Of a stretch of DNA of 64,000 nt, positions 20,957 through 32,131 are shown one piece after another (within the stretch, counting starts at the first letter, position 1; the number at the start of each line of letters is the position of its first letter). The DNA lies in contig DHSP01000029.1 of the NCBI GenBank assembly GCA_002408485.1, positions 1,977 to 65,976 of the forward strand, read 5' to 3'. A program made the position numbers and the translations under genes. Source of the DNA: Proteiniphilum sp. UBA5283 (lineage in GTDB: Bacteria > Bacteroidota > Bacteroidia > Bacteroidales > Dysgonomonadaceae). The notes beneath the pieces were generated by a model. It did no database searches. It was given only the letters and a program-made list of their open reading frames with translations, and was not told the origin of the DNA.

Positions 20957-21985
20957 TTAATCCTTTAATACGGGAGTAAACCATTCGGCCTTCACTCCTC
21001 TGTCGCGCACAACCAAAGTGTCCTTGGTAGCCGACTGGATATCACCGTAATTGACAGTGTAATCGAGGTAAAGCACGTCTCTGTCTTTATTTCCCCAGCT
21101 GTTTTTATCACCTTTGGAGACAAATTTGCCGGTACCGGTGACGGCCACGCCATCTGTTTCGGAGGTAAGTGTGCAATCGCCCTGTTCATTAAAAGTAAGT
21201 AACATTACGCTGTTGCGGGTGATATTGTTCATGTCTTTGGTTTGATGTTCCCACGCAATGGTGCTGAGAGAACGGGTGGTGATATCGTCTATCACTTCAT
21301 CTTTCTCAACGTATTGTGCATGCCGGATTTTTGTTCCGCTCTGGCTGCCGGTGATCACATCTTTTCCTCTGCGAAGGTAATTGGCATCATACTTGTTAAT
21401 GTATTTCACCGCATAGAGTACATAATCTTTGGGTTGTACATCCCAGTCGGAAGAAACACCCCGCCTTGGGTTATCTGCCGTTGGTTTGCCCGAGAGGATG
21501 GAGTCGGCATTCACCACACCAGTCATTACCACTGGAATTACATAAGTAGTGGTCAGTGATTTTGGGTCGTTGAAAAATGCTTCGGTCAACTGAACGGTTA
21601 CCCCACCCAATATGCTTCCCTTTTCAATGGTTATTTTGTCGGAAGACAGAGAGTAGTAATTAGCGGGCATGGGAATGATGCTTTTCTCTGTGTCTTTGAT
21701 AACCAGGTTATTGCATATGGAGTTGTCAACTCGGATGCCTATTTCCACATTCTTCTTGTTGGAGTAGACCCCTCCCATCGTTGCCATGATCTGACACTTG
21801 TACTCGTTGTCGAGGCTGGTGTCGAACACATCCTCCCCGAGAACGATGGTGCGGACGGGACTCTGATAGGCAAAATATACGGCCGAATATTCGTAATCGG
21901 GAAATTCCCAGTCCCCATTTTCACAGGAAGTAAACAATCCGGTTACACATGCCGTCAAAAACATTATAATGAATATTTTTTTCAT
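20957..21985 (-). CDS. Surface glycan-binding lipoprotein (XusE-like; DUF1735/DUF5627-type)
   Basis: Lipobox FTSC. Motifs FPDYEYSAVYFAYQSPVRTIVLG and KDYVLYAVKYIN. Sits in the canonical position between susD and GH10. Confidence 0.82.
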   Translation of the reverse strand: MKKIFIIMFLTACVTGLFTSCENGDWEFPDYEYSAVYFAYQSPVRTIVLGEDVFDTSLDNEYKCQIMATMGGVYSNKKNVEIGIRVDNSICNNLVIKDTEKSIIPMPANYYSLSSDKITIEKGSILGGVTVQLTEAFFNDPKSLTTTYVIPVVMTGVVNADSILSGKPTADNPRRGVSSDWDVQPKDYVLYAVKYINKYDANYLRRGKDVITGSQSGTKIRHAQYVEKDEVIDDITTRSLSTIAWEHQTKDMNNITRNSVMLLTFNEQGDCTLTSETDGVAVTGTGKFVSKGDKNSWGNKDRDVLYLDYTVNYGDIQSATKDTLVVRDRGVKAEWFTPVLKD

Positions 21986-22014
21986 GTTAATCTTTTTAAT
22001 AGTTCAAAACTGTT

Positions 22015-23802
22015 TTACCATCCTTCATTTTGAAGCAGATTGCTGAATTTGACCACTTCTCCATAAGGAATGGGTCCGTAATACATATAGTCCTGGTAGG
22101 CACGATTCTCTACCTGTGGCAGGATATTGTACTCCTCGTTACTGATGCTCATCCCCTTCGCCGGTTCGGTGATGTTCTTTTTCCAGCGACGGAGATCCCA
22201 GAAGCGGAATCCTTCGAAACAGAGTTCAATGCGTCTTTCGTTATGAATCAGTTCGCGCATTTTTTCTTTGTCGCTCTTCACCGATTCCAGATAGGTGTCG
22301 GTGGTGTTGACGCCGATGCCTGCTCTTTTACGGATTGCCTTGATTACGTCATATGCAGAATAACCATTGGGACCTGTTCCATTGGGGCCCCAAGCTTCAT
22401 TGGCGGCTTCTGCATAGCCCAGGAATATTTCTGTATACCGGATAAAGGGTTTGTAGTGGTATGCTGTTGTTTCAGAACTGGGATTGGCATTTACCTGCTG
22501 GTTCAGCAACTTCTTCATATAATATCCGGTCCGTGTAGAGGTTTCCGTTCTGTTTAGGGCGTTGTTGTCGCCTCCGTCAGCTGCAGTGGTGATCACAGTG
22601 CTTTGTGGACCGGCTTTGCTACCGTTATAAAGGATATAGAGTGCCAGTCGGGAGTCTCTGTTGGCATAGGGATTGTTTGGGTCATACCCGCTATTGGGGT
22701 CGGTGATTGGCAACCCGTTTGCCATGGGGAAGGCATCCACCAGGTTCTGGGTGGGATTCACGCGTCCACTGCCATATAGAGTGGGAGGGTAGTTATCCCG
22801 TTCCAGCGTGAGGTTGTTCTCTTTGTTCCCGCGCCAGAGCATCTCTTTGGGATTTACCCCGGCAGGCAGGTTTTGAATAGCTGCACTGTTTGCATACCAT
22901 TTGTTCCCGTCCTGGTCGAGTTGCCCCACAGGGTTGCTGCCTAATCCATTTAGTACAACAGCCATCCTATTGGCAGCCTCTTCCCAGGTCACTCCGGAGC
23001 CGCTGCTATATGCGGGACTGGCTGCAAGCAGAGCAGCCTGGGCGCGTACAGCCTTGGCAATGCGGGCGCTCATGCGGTTTTTGGCGTTGTCTCCGAAAAC
23101 ACGCGTATACTGGCCGGCAGACACTCCCTTCGCACGATATTTTGCAGGTACCAGATTGTCATCGTCAATGGCGCCGTAATCTTCCGGCAGAAGCATCAAT
23201 GCGGAGTCCACATCGGCATTAAGACGATCGATACACTCCTGAAACGTATTGCGCGGCAGATTAAATTCAGAGTTAAGATCTTCCGGCTCGGTCAGGATCG
23301 GAATACCCAGTAACTGTCCGTCTTCAGCCCACCCGGCGTGGTTGAGCAAAAGATGGTACATGTAAAGTGCCCGCATCCCAAATGCATCACCCTTCATTCG
23401 ATCTTTGAACATGCTGGCAACCAGTGGATCTTCAGCCCATTTTACTTCGTCGGCAATGTTGATAAACTGATTCAGATATTGCCATGAGGCACGCAGATAC
23501 TGCCATCTGTCCATGGGGTTGTTGTTCGCTCTCCAGGATCCGGTAGCCATTTGACGATAAGCGTTGTTTGGATTGTTGGAGACGGCATCGTCCGTAGCCA
23601 CATCATTAAAAGACCAGGATCCCAGCGGGTTGCTGATGTATGCGTGGCCTAGTAATCCGGTAGCCCATGCCGGCATATTATACAAATCATTTTTGTCTTT
23701 GTGGTTCTCAATTGCAGGCTCGAACATGTCCTGACACCCTGTCTGGACAAACAGGAGCAACACAAACAGTGCAATGATGGATATTTTATTTCTATTCTTC
23801 AT
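22015..23802 (-). CDS. susD: SusD/RagB family lipoprotein (XusD position)
   Basis: Lipobox QTGC. Motifs PTQNLVDAFPMANG, RYTEIFLGYAEAANE, ERRIELCFEGFRFWDLRRW and C-terminal QNEGW. Confidence 0.96.
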   Translation of the reverse strand: MKNRNKISIIALFVLLLFVQTGCQDMFEPAIENHKDKNDLYNMPAWATGLLGHAYISNPLGSWSFNDVATDDAVSNNPNNAYRQMATGSWRANNNPMDRWQYLRASWQYLNQFINIADEVKWAEDPLVASMFKDRMKGDAFGMRALYMYHLLLNHAGWAEDGQLLGIPILTEPEDLNSEFNLPRNTFQECIDRLNADVDSALMLLPEDYGAIDDDNLVPAKYRAKGVSAGQYTRVFGDNAKNRMSARIAKAVRAQAALLAASPAYSSGSGVTWEEAANRMAVVLNGLGSNPVGQLDQDGNKWYANSAAIQNLPAGVNPKEMLWRGNKENNLTLERDNYPPTLYGSGRVNPTQNLVDAFPMANGLPITDPNSGYDPNNPYANRDSRLALYILYNGSKAGPQSTVITTAADGGDNNALNRTETSTRTGYYMKKLLNQQVNANPSSETTAYHYKPFIRYTEIFLGYAEAANEAWGPNGTGPNGYSAYDVIKAIRKRAGIGVNTTDTYLESVKSDKEKMRELIHNERRIELCFEGFRFWDLRRWKKNITEPAKGMSISNEEYNILPQVENRAYQDYMYYGPIPYGEVVKFSNLLQNEGW

Positions 23803-23831
23803 AATTGAATAATTTTAAACGGATGATGTCA

Positions 23832-26663
23832 TTAGAAAGTGCCTCTTACGCCGATGTTGTAAAAACGCGTTTGTGGTGCACTTCCCACATTCATTTCAAG
23901 GTGTTTGCGTTCTTTGGAGATAGTCAGCAGGTTATAGCCGCTTACATAGAGGCTGATGCCTTTAACAAACGATCCCTGCAAGGCAGTTTCCGGGATGTCA
24001 TAGGTGAATTGCACCTGTGACAGGTTCAGACGATCTGCATCGTACATCCAGAAGTCGGAAGAGCGAAAGTTGTTCTCACCACCTGTGGTAGTAAGACGCG
24101 GATAGGTCGCCGTATCTTTTGTTTCTTCTGTCCAACGGTTGCGCACGATCTCTGAATATTTGCTGTCACTCCGCACCCAATAGTAAGAACTGTTTTTCAT
24201 GCCTTGTCCGCCATAGAAACCGTCGGCCATTGCGAAGAATGTAAAGTTCCGCCACTTGGCTGTAAAGTTGAGTCCCAGACGTAAAGGAGTATCCCAGCGG
24301 CCCAGATAGACCTCGTCGTTGGGGTCTATAATGCCATCACCGTTTTGATCCTTATACTTGAGGTCTCCCGGTTTGGTTTCCCCGAAGGTTTGTTTTGGGG
24401 AATTTTCGATTTCATCCAGATCATTGAAGAAGCCGAGACTCTGCAATCCCCAGAGGGCGTTCAACGGGCGTCCGATTCTTGTTTGATAATCAAATTCAAA
24501 GCTTTCGTCGCGTTTGGCGGCCTCTGTAGTGTAGTACATCCCGTTTACTCCCAACGTCAGATCCACTTCGCTTACCTTTTTGTTTAGATACATGCTGAAG
24601 TCAAAGCCGGAGCGGTTATCTACATTGTAATTAACATAGGGTATGATAGAGGAGGTTGGATACCCGACTTGCGTAAAATAGACTGGATATAGTGAATATG
24701 GTCGTACAATATCACCGTCCATCTTTCCGGTAAAGTAATTGAAGTCGAATGAAAGCAATTGATTCCATAGAGATCCGCGGAGACCCAGATTCAACTCCTT
24801 TCTTTTAACAAAGGTCATATCGGGATTGTCTCCCCGCTGGAATTCAGTGGCGGCTTCACCGCCCAGGTCAGCCCAGGAGTACCATCCCCCACGTTGCAAA
24901 ATCGATTTGTAGAGATAGTAACCCATCTCGTTGTCGTTGGTTGCAATATCCATATCCTGGCTAATGATGCCACCAGACAGTGTCAGCATCAAATCATCAA
25001 AAACGCTTTCTGAAAAGAAGTCCTCCTTCACGGGGCGCCACCCGAGTGTCACTGTCGGAGAGAAACCGAGACGGTTCCCTTCCGGTAATTTAGCGGAGTA
25101 GGGAAGTGCGGAGCTGAAATCCAGGTAATATTTCTGTTTGAAGTTGTAGGAAGCCTGTAATCCCAGGTTCACATTGGTCAACCGGTGATATTGTCCGCTC
25201 TGTTGTCTTTGCCAGGCATTGGCCACCAGCATAGCGAACACGTTATGGTCACTGTTGAAGGTATGTGCATAATCAAACTGCGCTGCCAGGTTATAGGTGT
25301 AACGATAGGCTGAGTTGCTGATAGTTTCGTCGCCGGACTTTTTGTCAACAGTGTTATTTTTATCAACCTTTCCAATCATATCCTTGCCTGCATAACTTGT
25401 CCATTCCGGTTCAAAGGTTGCATATTGGTTGGTGTAACCCTGGTTATAGGTCGACGCATAGTCAATGCCGTATCTGGTACGGAAGTGCAATCCCTGCAGC
25501 AACGATTTCAGGTTGAGGTCGAAGCGGGTGTTGAACTGAAACTGGCGGCTGACGAACTTGTCGTTACCCGCTGCATAAGCATCGGCAACCGGGTTGGTGA
25601 GATACAACTGGGAACCCCCGAAAAAATATTTACCGTCAATCAAATAATTGCTGGTGTTGATCGCATTCCACGAGGGAATGTCGTTTTCTTCGAGATAGGT
25701 GAGCGGAATCAATGGTGCTATGCGGTTGGGACGTAGCGTTGCTGCATTGGTCCACCAGTCTCCCTTGGCACTGTATGAATCGTAGAATGTCGCGTTGGCA
25801 TCGGCCTGTACTTTGAGAAACTCCCGCAGGTTCACATCGAGGTTTCCTCGTACAAAGAGGCGACTCACATAATCATCGGCATGGTTTCCTACTTTAAGCA
25901 GGGCGTTTTCACGGGAATAGCCGGTAGTGGTGTAGTATCTCACACGCTGGTTACCTCCGGTGATCTCCGCGATTGCCTCCGATCTGTTGTAGGCTTTGCG
26001 GAGATACTCGGACGAATACATGTCGAGATTTGGATAACGGTAGGGATTCTCCCCGGAGGCATGCCGGTAAATATTCTCAATACTGTAGTTTGTTGCATTC
26101 CCGTCGTTCAAACTCGCTTCGTTGTAAAGAGTCATGTATTCTGCCGATCCCAGATACTTCGGATAGACTTTGGGGGTATGCAATCCGGTATTGGCACGGA
26201 TGCGAATGCGCGAATCACCAATCTTGCCCCGTTTGGTGGTGATCTGGATCACTCCTTTGGCAGCACGGCTACCATAAAGCACCACCGCGGCTGGTCCTTT
26301 TAATACGGTGATCTGCTGAATCTCGGTAGGCAGTACGTTGTTGGCATCGCGAACCATCCCGTCGATGACCACCAGATATTCATCCATACCCCAAATGTTT
26401 CCGTTCACACCACCGACCAGGTTCTCTACAAAGTTCAGGCTATAGGTGGTATAGGCTTTTTCTGTCATCTTTTCCACATCGATGACCGAGATACCACCCA
26501 GGAGGTCCTGCATGTCCATGGTACGAAATGCGACCTCCACATTATTGTGCAGCGTATCGTTTTCCAATGCCGCTTCGTCGGTGTACCCCAACTGGGCGGT
26601 AGCCTGCAATGTGTTGAAGGCAAGAATGATACATGTTGCGAGACCAATATATATATGTTTCAT
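23832..26663 (-). CDS. susC: SusC/RagA TonB-dependent transporter (XusC position, short N-terminus)
   Basis: Plug motif ITVLKGPAAVVLYGSRAAKGVIQITTKRG, KPGDLKYKDQNGDGII and C-terminal aromatic RGTF. Confidence 0.96.
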   Translation of the reverse strand: MKHIYIGLATCIILAFNTLQATAQLGYTDEAALENDTLHNNVEVAFRTMDMQDLLGGISVIDVEKMTEKAYTTYSLNFVENLVGGVNGNIWGMDEYLVVIDGMVRDANNVLPTEIQQITVLKGPAAVVLYGSRAAKGVIQITTKRGKIGDSRIRIRANTGLHTPKVYPKYLGSAEYMTLYNEASLNDGNATNYSIENIYRHASGENPYRYPNLDMYSSEYLRKAYNRSEAIAEITGGNQRVRYYTTTGYSRENALLKVGNHADDYVSRLFVRGNLDVNLREFLKVQADANATFYDSYSAKGDWWTNAATLRPNRIAPLIPLTYLEENDIPSWNAINTSNYLIDGKYFFGGSQLYLTNPVADAYAAGNDKFVSRQFQFNTRFDLNLKSLLQGLHFRTRYGIDYASTYNQGYTNQYATFEPEWTSYAGKDMIGKVDKNNTVDKKSGDETISNSAYRYTYNLAAQFDYAHTFNSDHNVFAMLVANAWQRQQSGQYHRLTNVNLGLQASYNFKQKYYLDFSSALPYSAKLPEGNRLGFSPTVTLGWRPVKEDFFSESVFDDLMLTLSGGIISQDMDIATNDNEMGYYLYKSILQRGGWYSWADLGGEAATEFQRGDNPDMTFVKRKELNLGLRGSLWNQLLSFDFNYFTGKMDGDIVRPYSLYPVYFTQVGYPTSSIIPYVNYNVDNRSGFDFSMYLNKKVSEVDLTLGVNGMYYTTEAAKRDESFEFDYQTRIGRPLNALWGLQSLGFFNDLDEIENSPKQTFGETKPGDLKYKDQNGDGIIDPNDEVYLGRWDTPLRLGLNFTAKWRNFTFFAMADGFYGGQGMKNSSYYWVRSDSKYSEIVRNRWTEETKDTATYPRLTTTGGENNFRSSDFWMYDADRLNLSQVQFTYDIPETALQGSFVKGISLYVSGYNLLTISKERKHLEMNVGSAPQTRFYNIGVRGTF

Positions 26664-26690
26664 GTTAGTCTTTTTTTAATTATCAATTTG

Positions 26691-28565
26691 TTACCAACCC
26701 GGATTCTGGTAAAATTCCGGATACATGCTGACATCGTCGGTTTTGAAGGGGAACCAGTAATGTTTGCTTGATAGATTGCGTGTGGTAATCACCTCTTCTC
26801 GGAAATTCAGAACAGCATTTTCTTTCGGATTTACTTTGGTATCAAGTGGTGCTGCACGGTCAAACTCTTGCTTTGTTTTGATGTTGAAAGGATATTCCGT
26901 GAGCAGGAGCCAGCGGCGGAGGTCATTGAAACGATGTCCCTCAAATGCCAGCTCTACTGCACGCTCCCTGCGCAGCTCGCTCATAAACCCTTCCAGATTG
27001 GTCGTATATTTGTCAGCAAGGGGCTCAACACCGGCACGTTCACGAATGCGGTTCAGCGCATCTGCGGCACTTTTTGCGTAACCGGATGCTTTGCCCGACG
27101 GTGATCCGTATCCCTGCGCTGCTGCTTCGGCATACATCAGATAGACATCCGCCAAACGTACCCACGAGAGATGGAAGTGAGTAGCGTAGCTGTACCCGTA
27201 GGTATTATCCCAGATATTGGCTCCCAGTGGGATAAACTTGTAGTTCAGGTAACCTGTACGGCTTACTGTTCGGGGATCGTTTGAGTAGTTCCCGCCGGTA
27301 TAGAGATTGGCATATCGCCACACTTCGTCGTTTGCGTTGGTGATGGTTCCGGATACCACTTTCACACCATCATAGATAATATCGTTGTAGAAGCGGGGAT
27401 CTCTGCCTTTCCAGGGATGTGTCTTGTCGAACCCTGATTCCGGGTCATTAAGTGGTAATCCGTTTGCCATGCCGTAATAATTGACATAGTTTGCAGCCGG
27501 TGCCAGCACGATACCGTCCCCCTGAGCGATGGGTGATGGCTGGTAGGAGTTCATCTGTCGCCAGTATGAATCGGCACCGTAGGTCGGGCTTCGTATTATC
27601 GCTTCCGAACCGCCCGGCATCAGCCATCCCTGTTGTATAGTGTAAAAGAGGGAAGAGTAATCTTTAAAATCAACCAATGCGTACTGTGTTTGGCCGCTTT
27701 CCACCATACTCAGCAGCTGAGCAAAAGCATCGGCCGATTTTTTGCACATCTCCGCATCGTAGGTGCGGGGACCGTTGATACCATTAGTCATCAGAGGACT
27801 TCCCGCATAGAGGTAGGTCTTGCCCAGCATGGCGAGTGCCCATATCTTGTTGGCACGCAGGTGGTTGTTGCCAGAGGTGCGACGCCCGACTTCGGTGTTG
27901 TTCCAGTCTACGGGCAGCAGTTCGGCCGCTTTGCGGAAATCGGCCGCCATCTTCTCGGCATTCTCCCGGTATGTTTCACGAGGAAGGGTAAGGGGTTCAT
28001 CGCTGGGGAGCACGGTTTCGATATAGGGAAGCCCGCCCCAGTATTGTGTAAGCTGGAAGTAGAACCAGGCACGCATAAAGTAGAGTTGTCCCTCAACGAG
28101 ATTTCTCTCCTCCTGGTTTGCATCGGTCATTTTCCCGTCGGCAAGCGCCTGCAGCCCCATATTGGCTACTCGGATGCCATACCAGGAACCGCCCCATATC
28201 GATTTTTGGAAGCGGTCTCCTCCTGCGCTCCAGTTACGGTCCAGAAAAGAGGCGCCTTTGCCAATATAGTCACGGTAGTTCCCTCTGTCAATGCTGAATC
28301 CCATCAGATACTCTCCGTTACCGATGGTTACCACCTCATCTTCACCCCAGTTGAATGAGCTGACCCAGTAGTGCTTGGCCAGGTCGGGTGTGAGGTGGTA
28401 CATTCTTTCGACAAAGCCCTGAAAATTTATGAAGTTCTTGAAGGCTTCGTCCGGCGAAATCACCGATTCGGGAGCCTTGTCCAGATAGTCTGTGCATGAG
28501 GCAACACTTAAAAGAAGTGATGTAGCCAATGCATATAGATAGTAAGTAAATTTTGTCTTCATCAT
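26691..28565 (-). CDS. susD: SusD/RagB family lipoprotein (XusB position)
   Basis: Lipobox VASC. Motifs RDPRFY, RLADVYLMYAEA, ERAVELAFEGHRFNDLRRW and QNPGW. Confidence 0.96.
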   Translation of the reverse strand: MMKTKFTYYLYALATSLLLSVASCTDYLDKAPESVISPDEAFKNFINFQGFVERMYHLTPDLAKHYWVSSFNWGEDEVVTIGNGEYLMGFSIDRGNYRDYIGKGASFLDRNWSAGGDRFQKSIWGGSWYGIRVANMGLQALADGKMTDANQEERNLVEGQLYFMRAWFYFQLTQYWGGLPYIETVLPSDEPLTLPRETYRENAEKMAADFRKAAELLPVDWNNTEVGRRTSGNNHLRANKIWALAMLGKTYLYAGSPLMTNGINGPRTYDAEMCKKSADAFAQLLSMVESGQTQYALVDFKDYSSLFYTIQQGWLMPGGSEAIIRSPTYGADSYWRQMNSYQPSPIAQGDGIVLAPAANYVNYYGMANGLPLNDPESGFDKTHPWKGRDPRFYNDIIYDGVKVVSGTITNANDEVWRYANLYTGGNYSNDPRTVSRTGYLNYKFIPLGANIWDNTYGYSYATHFHLSWVRLADVYLMYAEAAAQGYGSPSGKASGYAKSAADALNRIRERAGVEPLADKYTTNLEGFMSELRRERAVELAFEGHRFNDLRRWLLLTEYPFNIKTKQEFDRAAPLDTKVNPKENAVLNFREEVITTRNLSSKHYWFPFKTDDVSMYPEFYQNPGW

Positions 28566-28574
28566 ATTATGTGG

Positions 28575-31500
28575 TTATAACGAGATTCTCAATCCTAAAT
28601 TAAAACGTTTCTGCGTCGGGTACGCGGTATTGCCTCCTGTGTTAGACTCCCGGTCATCCGGCATTTTTGTCCATAAAAACAGGTTGTTGCCGTTTGCGAA
28701 TACTTTCAGATTGGTCAACCCAATTTTTTTCAGCCATTCCTCCTGGCTGAAGGTATAGGAGAGTTCTGCATATTTCAGACGAATATAGGATCCATCATGC
28801 AGGAACCTCGTAGCGTTGGAGTATCCGCTGGGAATAGTTCCCCATCTGGGTAGTGGCACATCGGCATGGGTGTTATCTTTCGACCAGTACGTTCCTTCCC
28901 GGAAGGCAGTGTTTTTGATTCCGCCCAGGCTCTGGAGTCCCACATAACGGGTTACGTTGTTTACCCCGTAGAACTGTACGAAAAAGCTCCATCCCTTATA
29001 ATCAATGCCAAACTGACTGTTTACCGTGTTTTGAGGAATACCGGTAAAGCCATACGGAATTTCGTCAAATCTTGAAATTATTCCATCGGCATCGTAATCG
29101 AGAAGAATATAATTACCGGGAATACGGGCTTCGTTCAATGCGTCGTGTCCAGTAGACCCGTAAAGTTCATCCCAGTTGTTGTAATAGCCGTAATCAACGT
29201 GAGCATTGGTCTGTCCAATCGACTTGTTGGCAGCTTTTTGATACTCCGGTGTAAATAATGGATCGTCGGCCTCAATAATTGTATTTTCTGCATGTGTGTA
29301 AAATACATTTCCCCACAAGCGCCAGTCGCGATTAATCGGTTTGTTCCAGCGCAGTTCCAGCTCATATCCTTTGGTATTCACTTTACCCAGGTTGGCTGCC
29401 GGGGCAGTGGCTCCGTAGTAGGAGGGTACGGAACGTCTGCTTCCTTCCAGCAGAATGTTGGTTCTTTTTTCCCTGAAAAAATCAACCGAACCGGAGATTG
29501 CTCCGCCGAACAATGCATAGTCTGCAGCAATATCCAATTTGGTGGCTACCTCCCATTGTACATTTGGGTTTCCTACCTGTGACTCATAATACCACTGGTA
29601 AGGACTCTTCGTTGAGTTGACACCGGTCAGGCCCTGATTGAAAGCTCCGCCATATCCCCATGTATCCATATACAACCAACGATTGGTAAACTCATTCCAT
29701 CCAATCTTGTCATCCCCAATTTGGCCGTAGGATGCCCTGAATTTCAACATGTCCATCCATCCCAGATCGAGCTCCTTGATCAGCGGTTCTTCCGAGGCCA
29801 TCCACCCGAGCGCTCCTGACTGGAAAAATGCAAACCGGTAATCGGGAGAAAATTTTTCCGAGCCATTGTAAGCACCGTTATATTCTAATAAATATCGTTT
29901 CGAATAATCATAGGTAACCCGGAACACCCAGTTCTCGCGATAAATCGGAAGATTGTTTCCCCTGGAATATTGTTCGCGGCTAAAGTTGCCCATAGCACCT
30001 ACGGTGTGGTCTCCGAAAGTATTCATATAATTGAGCTGAGTGGAATAGTTCACTCTGCGATATGTTTGGGCATTGTCTACATTTCCGGGACCGGTCATCC
30101 AGGCAATGTTGTTTTGGTAGTCGAACTTATTGTTGCCGTCGACGGTCACATCGGTAAACGTCTGTCCGGTCTCGGGATCGATCCACTTGTGGGGGTTGTC
30201 TTCCCAGTCGTTGGTATCATCAATACCACGGTTTTGCTCCCGAAAGCTATTGTCGAAGGCAAGTCTGCCATGTACGGAAAGACCTTTAAGCAGGAAGCCT
30301 AGATCTTGCTCCAGTGTGAAGTCTGTATTGAGCCTGTCGTTGGTGGTATATCCTACTCCGCTTACACTCAGGTTCTCCATGGAGTTGGTCGATGCCTGCG
30401 TAGGATTGGGGTGGTAGTAACCAAAAGACCCGTCGCTGTATTTGGGCCTGAACATATCGGGTGCAATGCCGTAAAAGGCCGACCAGACAAGGTTTTCATA
30501 GGCGTTGTAGTTTGTTCCCTTGGAAACAGCGTGCGATCCGGAAAGGTTTACCCGCAATGTGGTTGATTTGGTCAGGGAGAAGTCCATGTTGCTTCTCACG
30601 TTAATACGGTCATATCCGAAACCGGTTTTGTATCCGCGGTTGTTGTCAAACTGTTTGTAGATATCCCCTTCATGTGCATAGTCCAGACTGGCAAAATATT
30701 TCACAAAGCGGGTGCCGCCCGATACGTTTACGTTCGCATTGTATGATGTGGCCACGTCCTTCAGGAGCTCGTCAACCCAGTTTACGTTGGGATAACGTTC
30801 AAATTCTTCCAGATTGGCAGGCCACCGGTATTTATCGATGAGATTCTGAGGTTTAATATTAACCCACTGTTCGGGTGCGTAACCCAGTTCGTTTTCAATA
30901 ACCCGGTTGCGCAGCATCAGGGCATCGTAAGAATCCATCAGTTCCGGCAACTTGGAATAGGTTTTCATTGTGGTGCTTACGTTGATATCCACATTGGCTT
31001 TTCCCTCCTCCCCACGTTTGGTGGTGATCAGGATTACCCCGTTGGCACCCCGTACGCCGAATACGGCAGTTGCGGAAGCATCCTTCAATACCGAAATGGT
31101 TGCCACCGAATTGATATCGATACCGCTCATCGGGCGCTCGATACCATCTACCAGGATCAGTGGCCCGCTACCGTTCCATGAGCTGACCCCACGGATGGTG
31201 ATCTCCGGATCCTCTTCACCAGGCTTACCGGTGGCGGTCATAGTAACCACGCCCGGCAGGTTACCGGTCAGTGCCTGCCCGAGGCTGGTCACACCTCCTG
31301 TACGTTCCAGCACCTTGCTGTTGGTCTGGACAATGGCCCCTACCACGCTCTCTTTTTTTTGCTGACCGAAGCCAACCACAATTACTTCTTCCAGAATTTC
31401 GGTGTCCTCCATCATGGTAACAGACAGGGTTGTCCTCCCGTTCAGTTTGATGGACTGAGGTTTCATGCCCACGTAGGTGACATGCAATGTCGCGCTAGAG

Positions 31501-31712
31501 GGTACATTGAACAAGCTAAACCGGCCATCCAGATCGGTGACTGTACCGGTAGATTCGCCTTCCACCTGTACCGTCACTCCGATCAGGGGTTCACCGGATG
31601 CGTCAGAAACAGTACCCCTTACGGTAATGTTCTGCGCAAACATGGATAAGGAAAATGCACATAGTAATGTAAAGCATATTCCTTTTAATAGATACGAAAT
31701 TTTTCTTTTCAT
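28575..31712 (-). CDS. susC: SusC/RagA TonB-dependent transporter (XusA position)
   Basis: N-terminal carboxypeptidase-regulatory-like domain (GEPLIGVTV...TDLDGRFSL), EVIVVGFG and ISVLKDASATAVFGVRGANGVILITTKRG. Confidence 0.97.
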   Translation of the reverse strand: MKRKISYLLKGICFTLLCAFSLSMFAQNITVRGTVSDASGEPLIGVTVQVEGESTGTVTDLDGRFSLFNVPSSATLHVTYVGMKPQSIKLNGRTTLSVTMMEDTEILEEVIVVGFGQQKKESVVGAIVQTNSKVLERTGGVTSLGQALTGNLPGVVTMTATGKPGEEDPEITIRGVSSWNGSGPLILVDGIERPMSGIDINSVATISVLKDASATAVFGVRGANGVILITTKRGEEGKANVDINVSTTMKTYSKLPELMDSYDALMLRNRVIENELGYAPEQWVNIKPQNLIDKYRWPANLEEFERYPNVNWVDELLKDVATSYNANVNVSGGTRFVKYFASLDYAHEGDIYKQFDNNRGYKTGFGYDRINVRSNMDFSLTKSTTLRVNLSGSHAVSKGTNYNAYENLVWSAFYGIAPDMFRPKYSDGSFGYYHPNPTQASTNSMENLSVSGVGYTTNDRLNTDFTLEQDLGFLLKGLSVHGRLAFDNSFREQNRGIDDTNDWEDNPHKWIDPETGQTFTDVTVDGNNKFDYQNNIAWMTGPGNVDNAQTYRRVNYSTQLNYMNTFGDHTVGAMGNFSREQYSRGNNLPIYRENWVFRVTYDYSKRYLLEYNGAYNGSEKFSPDYRFAFFQSGALGWMASEEPLIKELDLGWMDMLKFRASYGQIGDDKIGWNEFTNRWLYMDTWGYGGAFNQGLTGVNSTKSPYQWYYESQVGNPNVQWEVATKLDIAADYALFGGAISGSVDFFREKRTNILLEGSRRSVPSYYGATAPAANLGKVNTKGYELELRWNKPINRDWRLWGNVFYTHAENTIIEADDPLFTPEYQKAANKSIGQTNAHVDYGYYNNWDELYGSTGHDALNEARIPGNYILLDYDADGIISRFDEIPYGFTGIPQNTVNSQFGIDYKGWSFFVQFYGVNNVTRYVGLQSLGGIKNTAFREGTYWSKDNTHADVPLPRWGTIPSGYSNATRFLHDGSYIRLKYAELSYTFSQEEWLKKIGLTNLKVFANGNNLFLWTKMPDDRESNTGGNTAYPTQKRFNLGLRISL

Positions 31713-31948
31713 TCTCTGATTTGATTAGATTAAACAAATACTTTTTTGATGTGAATCGTTGACACATTCTGTTGACAATCTTCGGTAATTTTAAGTTATG
31801 ATCATAGGTATATATATTAGGGTGGATAAAATTATCAATATTGGCTCTTTCCGTATTGCCTATATTCGATACTTCAATCCTTCATTTAGACATTTACCTC
31901 TTTCGTGGCATTCCATATTAATCCATTAACGGACTTTCAAAACTCAGC

Positions 31949-31999
31949 CGTGGACGTACACAGCACTACACGTTGCCTTCATTTTTGTGTAGATCCACA
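31949..31999. promoter_or_regulatory. Pair of candidate LacI-type operators in the leader of the first xus susC
   Basis: CGTGGACGTACACA (31949-31962) matches the perfect palindrome at 56382 at 12/14, and TGTGTAGATCCACA (31986-31999) at 11/14. Confidence 0.5.
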
Positions 32000-32024
32000 A
32001 TGTTGCTTAACATATATTTTTATT

Positions 32025-32131
32025 CAAATATAAAAATCAGATAAATAGTGTATAAATAGCTGTTGCTGCCATCACAACTCAATTTGGTTGAATCGGATGT
32101 CGTTTGCGATATTTAGATCTTCACAAAGATA
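32025..32131 (-). promoter_or_regulatory. Two candidate Bacteroidota -7 promoter boxes for the xus operon
   Basis: Minus-strand TAnnTTTG matches: TATATTTG (32032-32025) and TATCTTTG (32131-32124). Confidence 0.5.
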
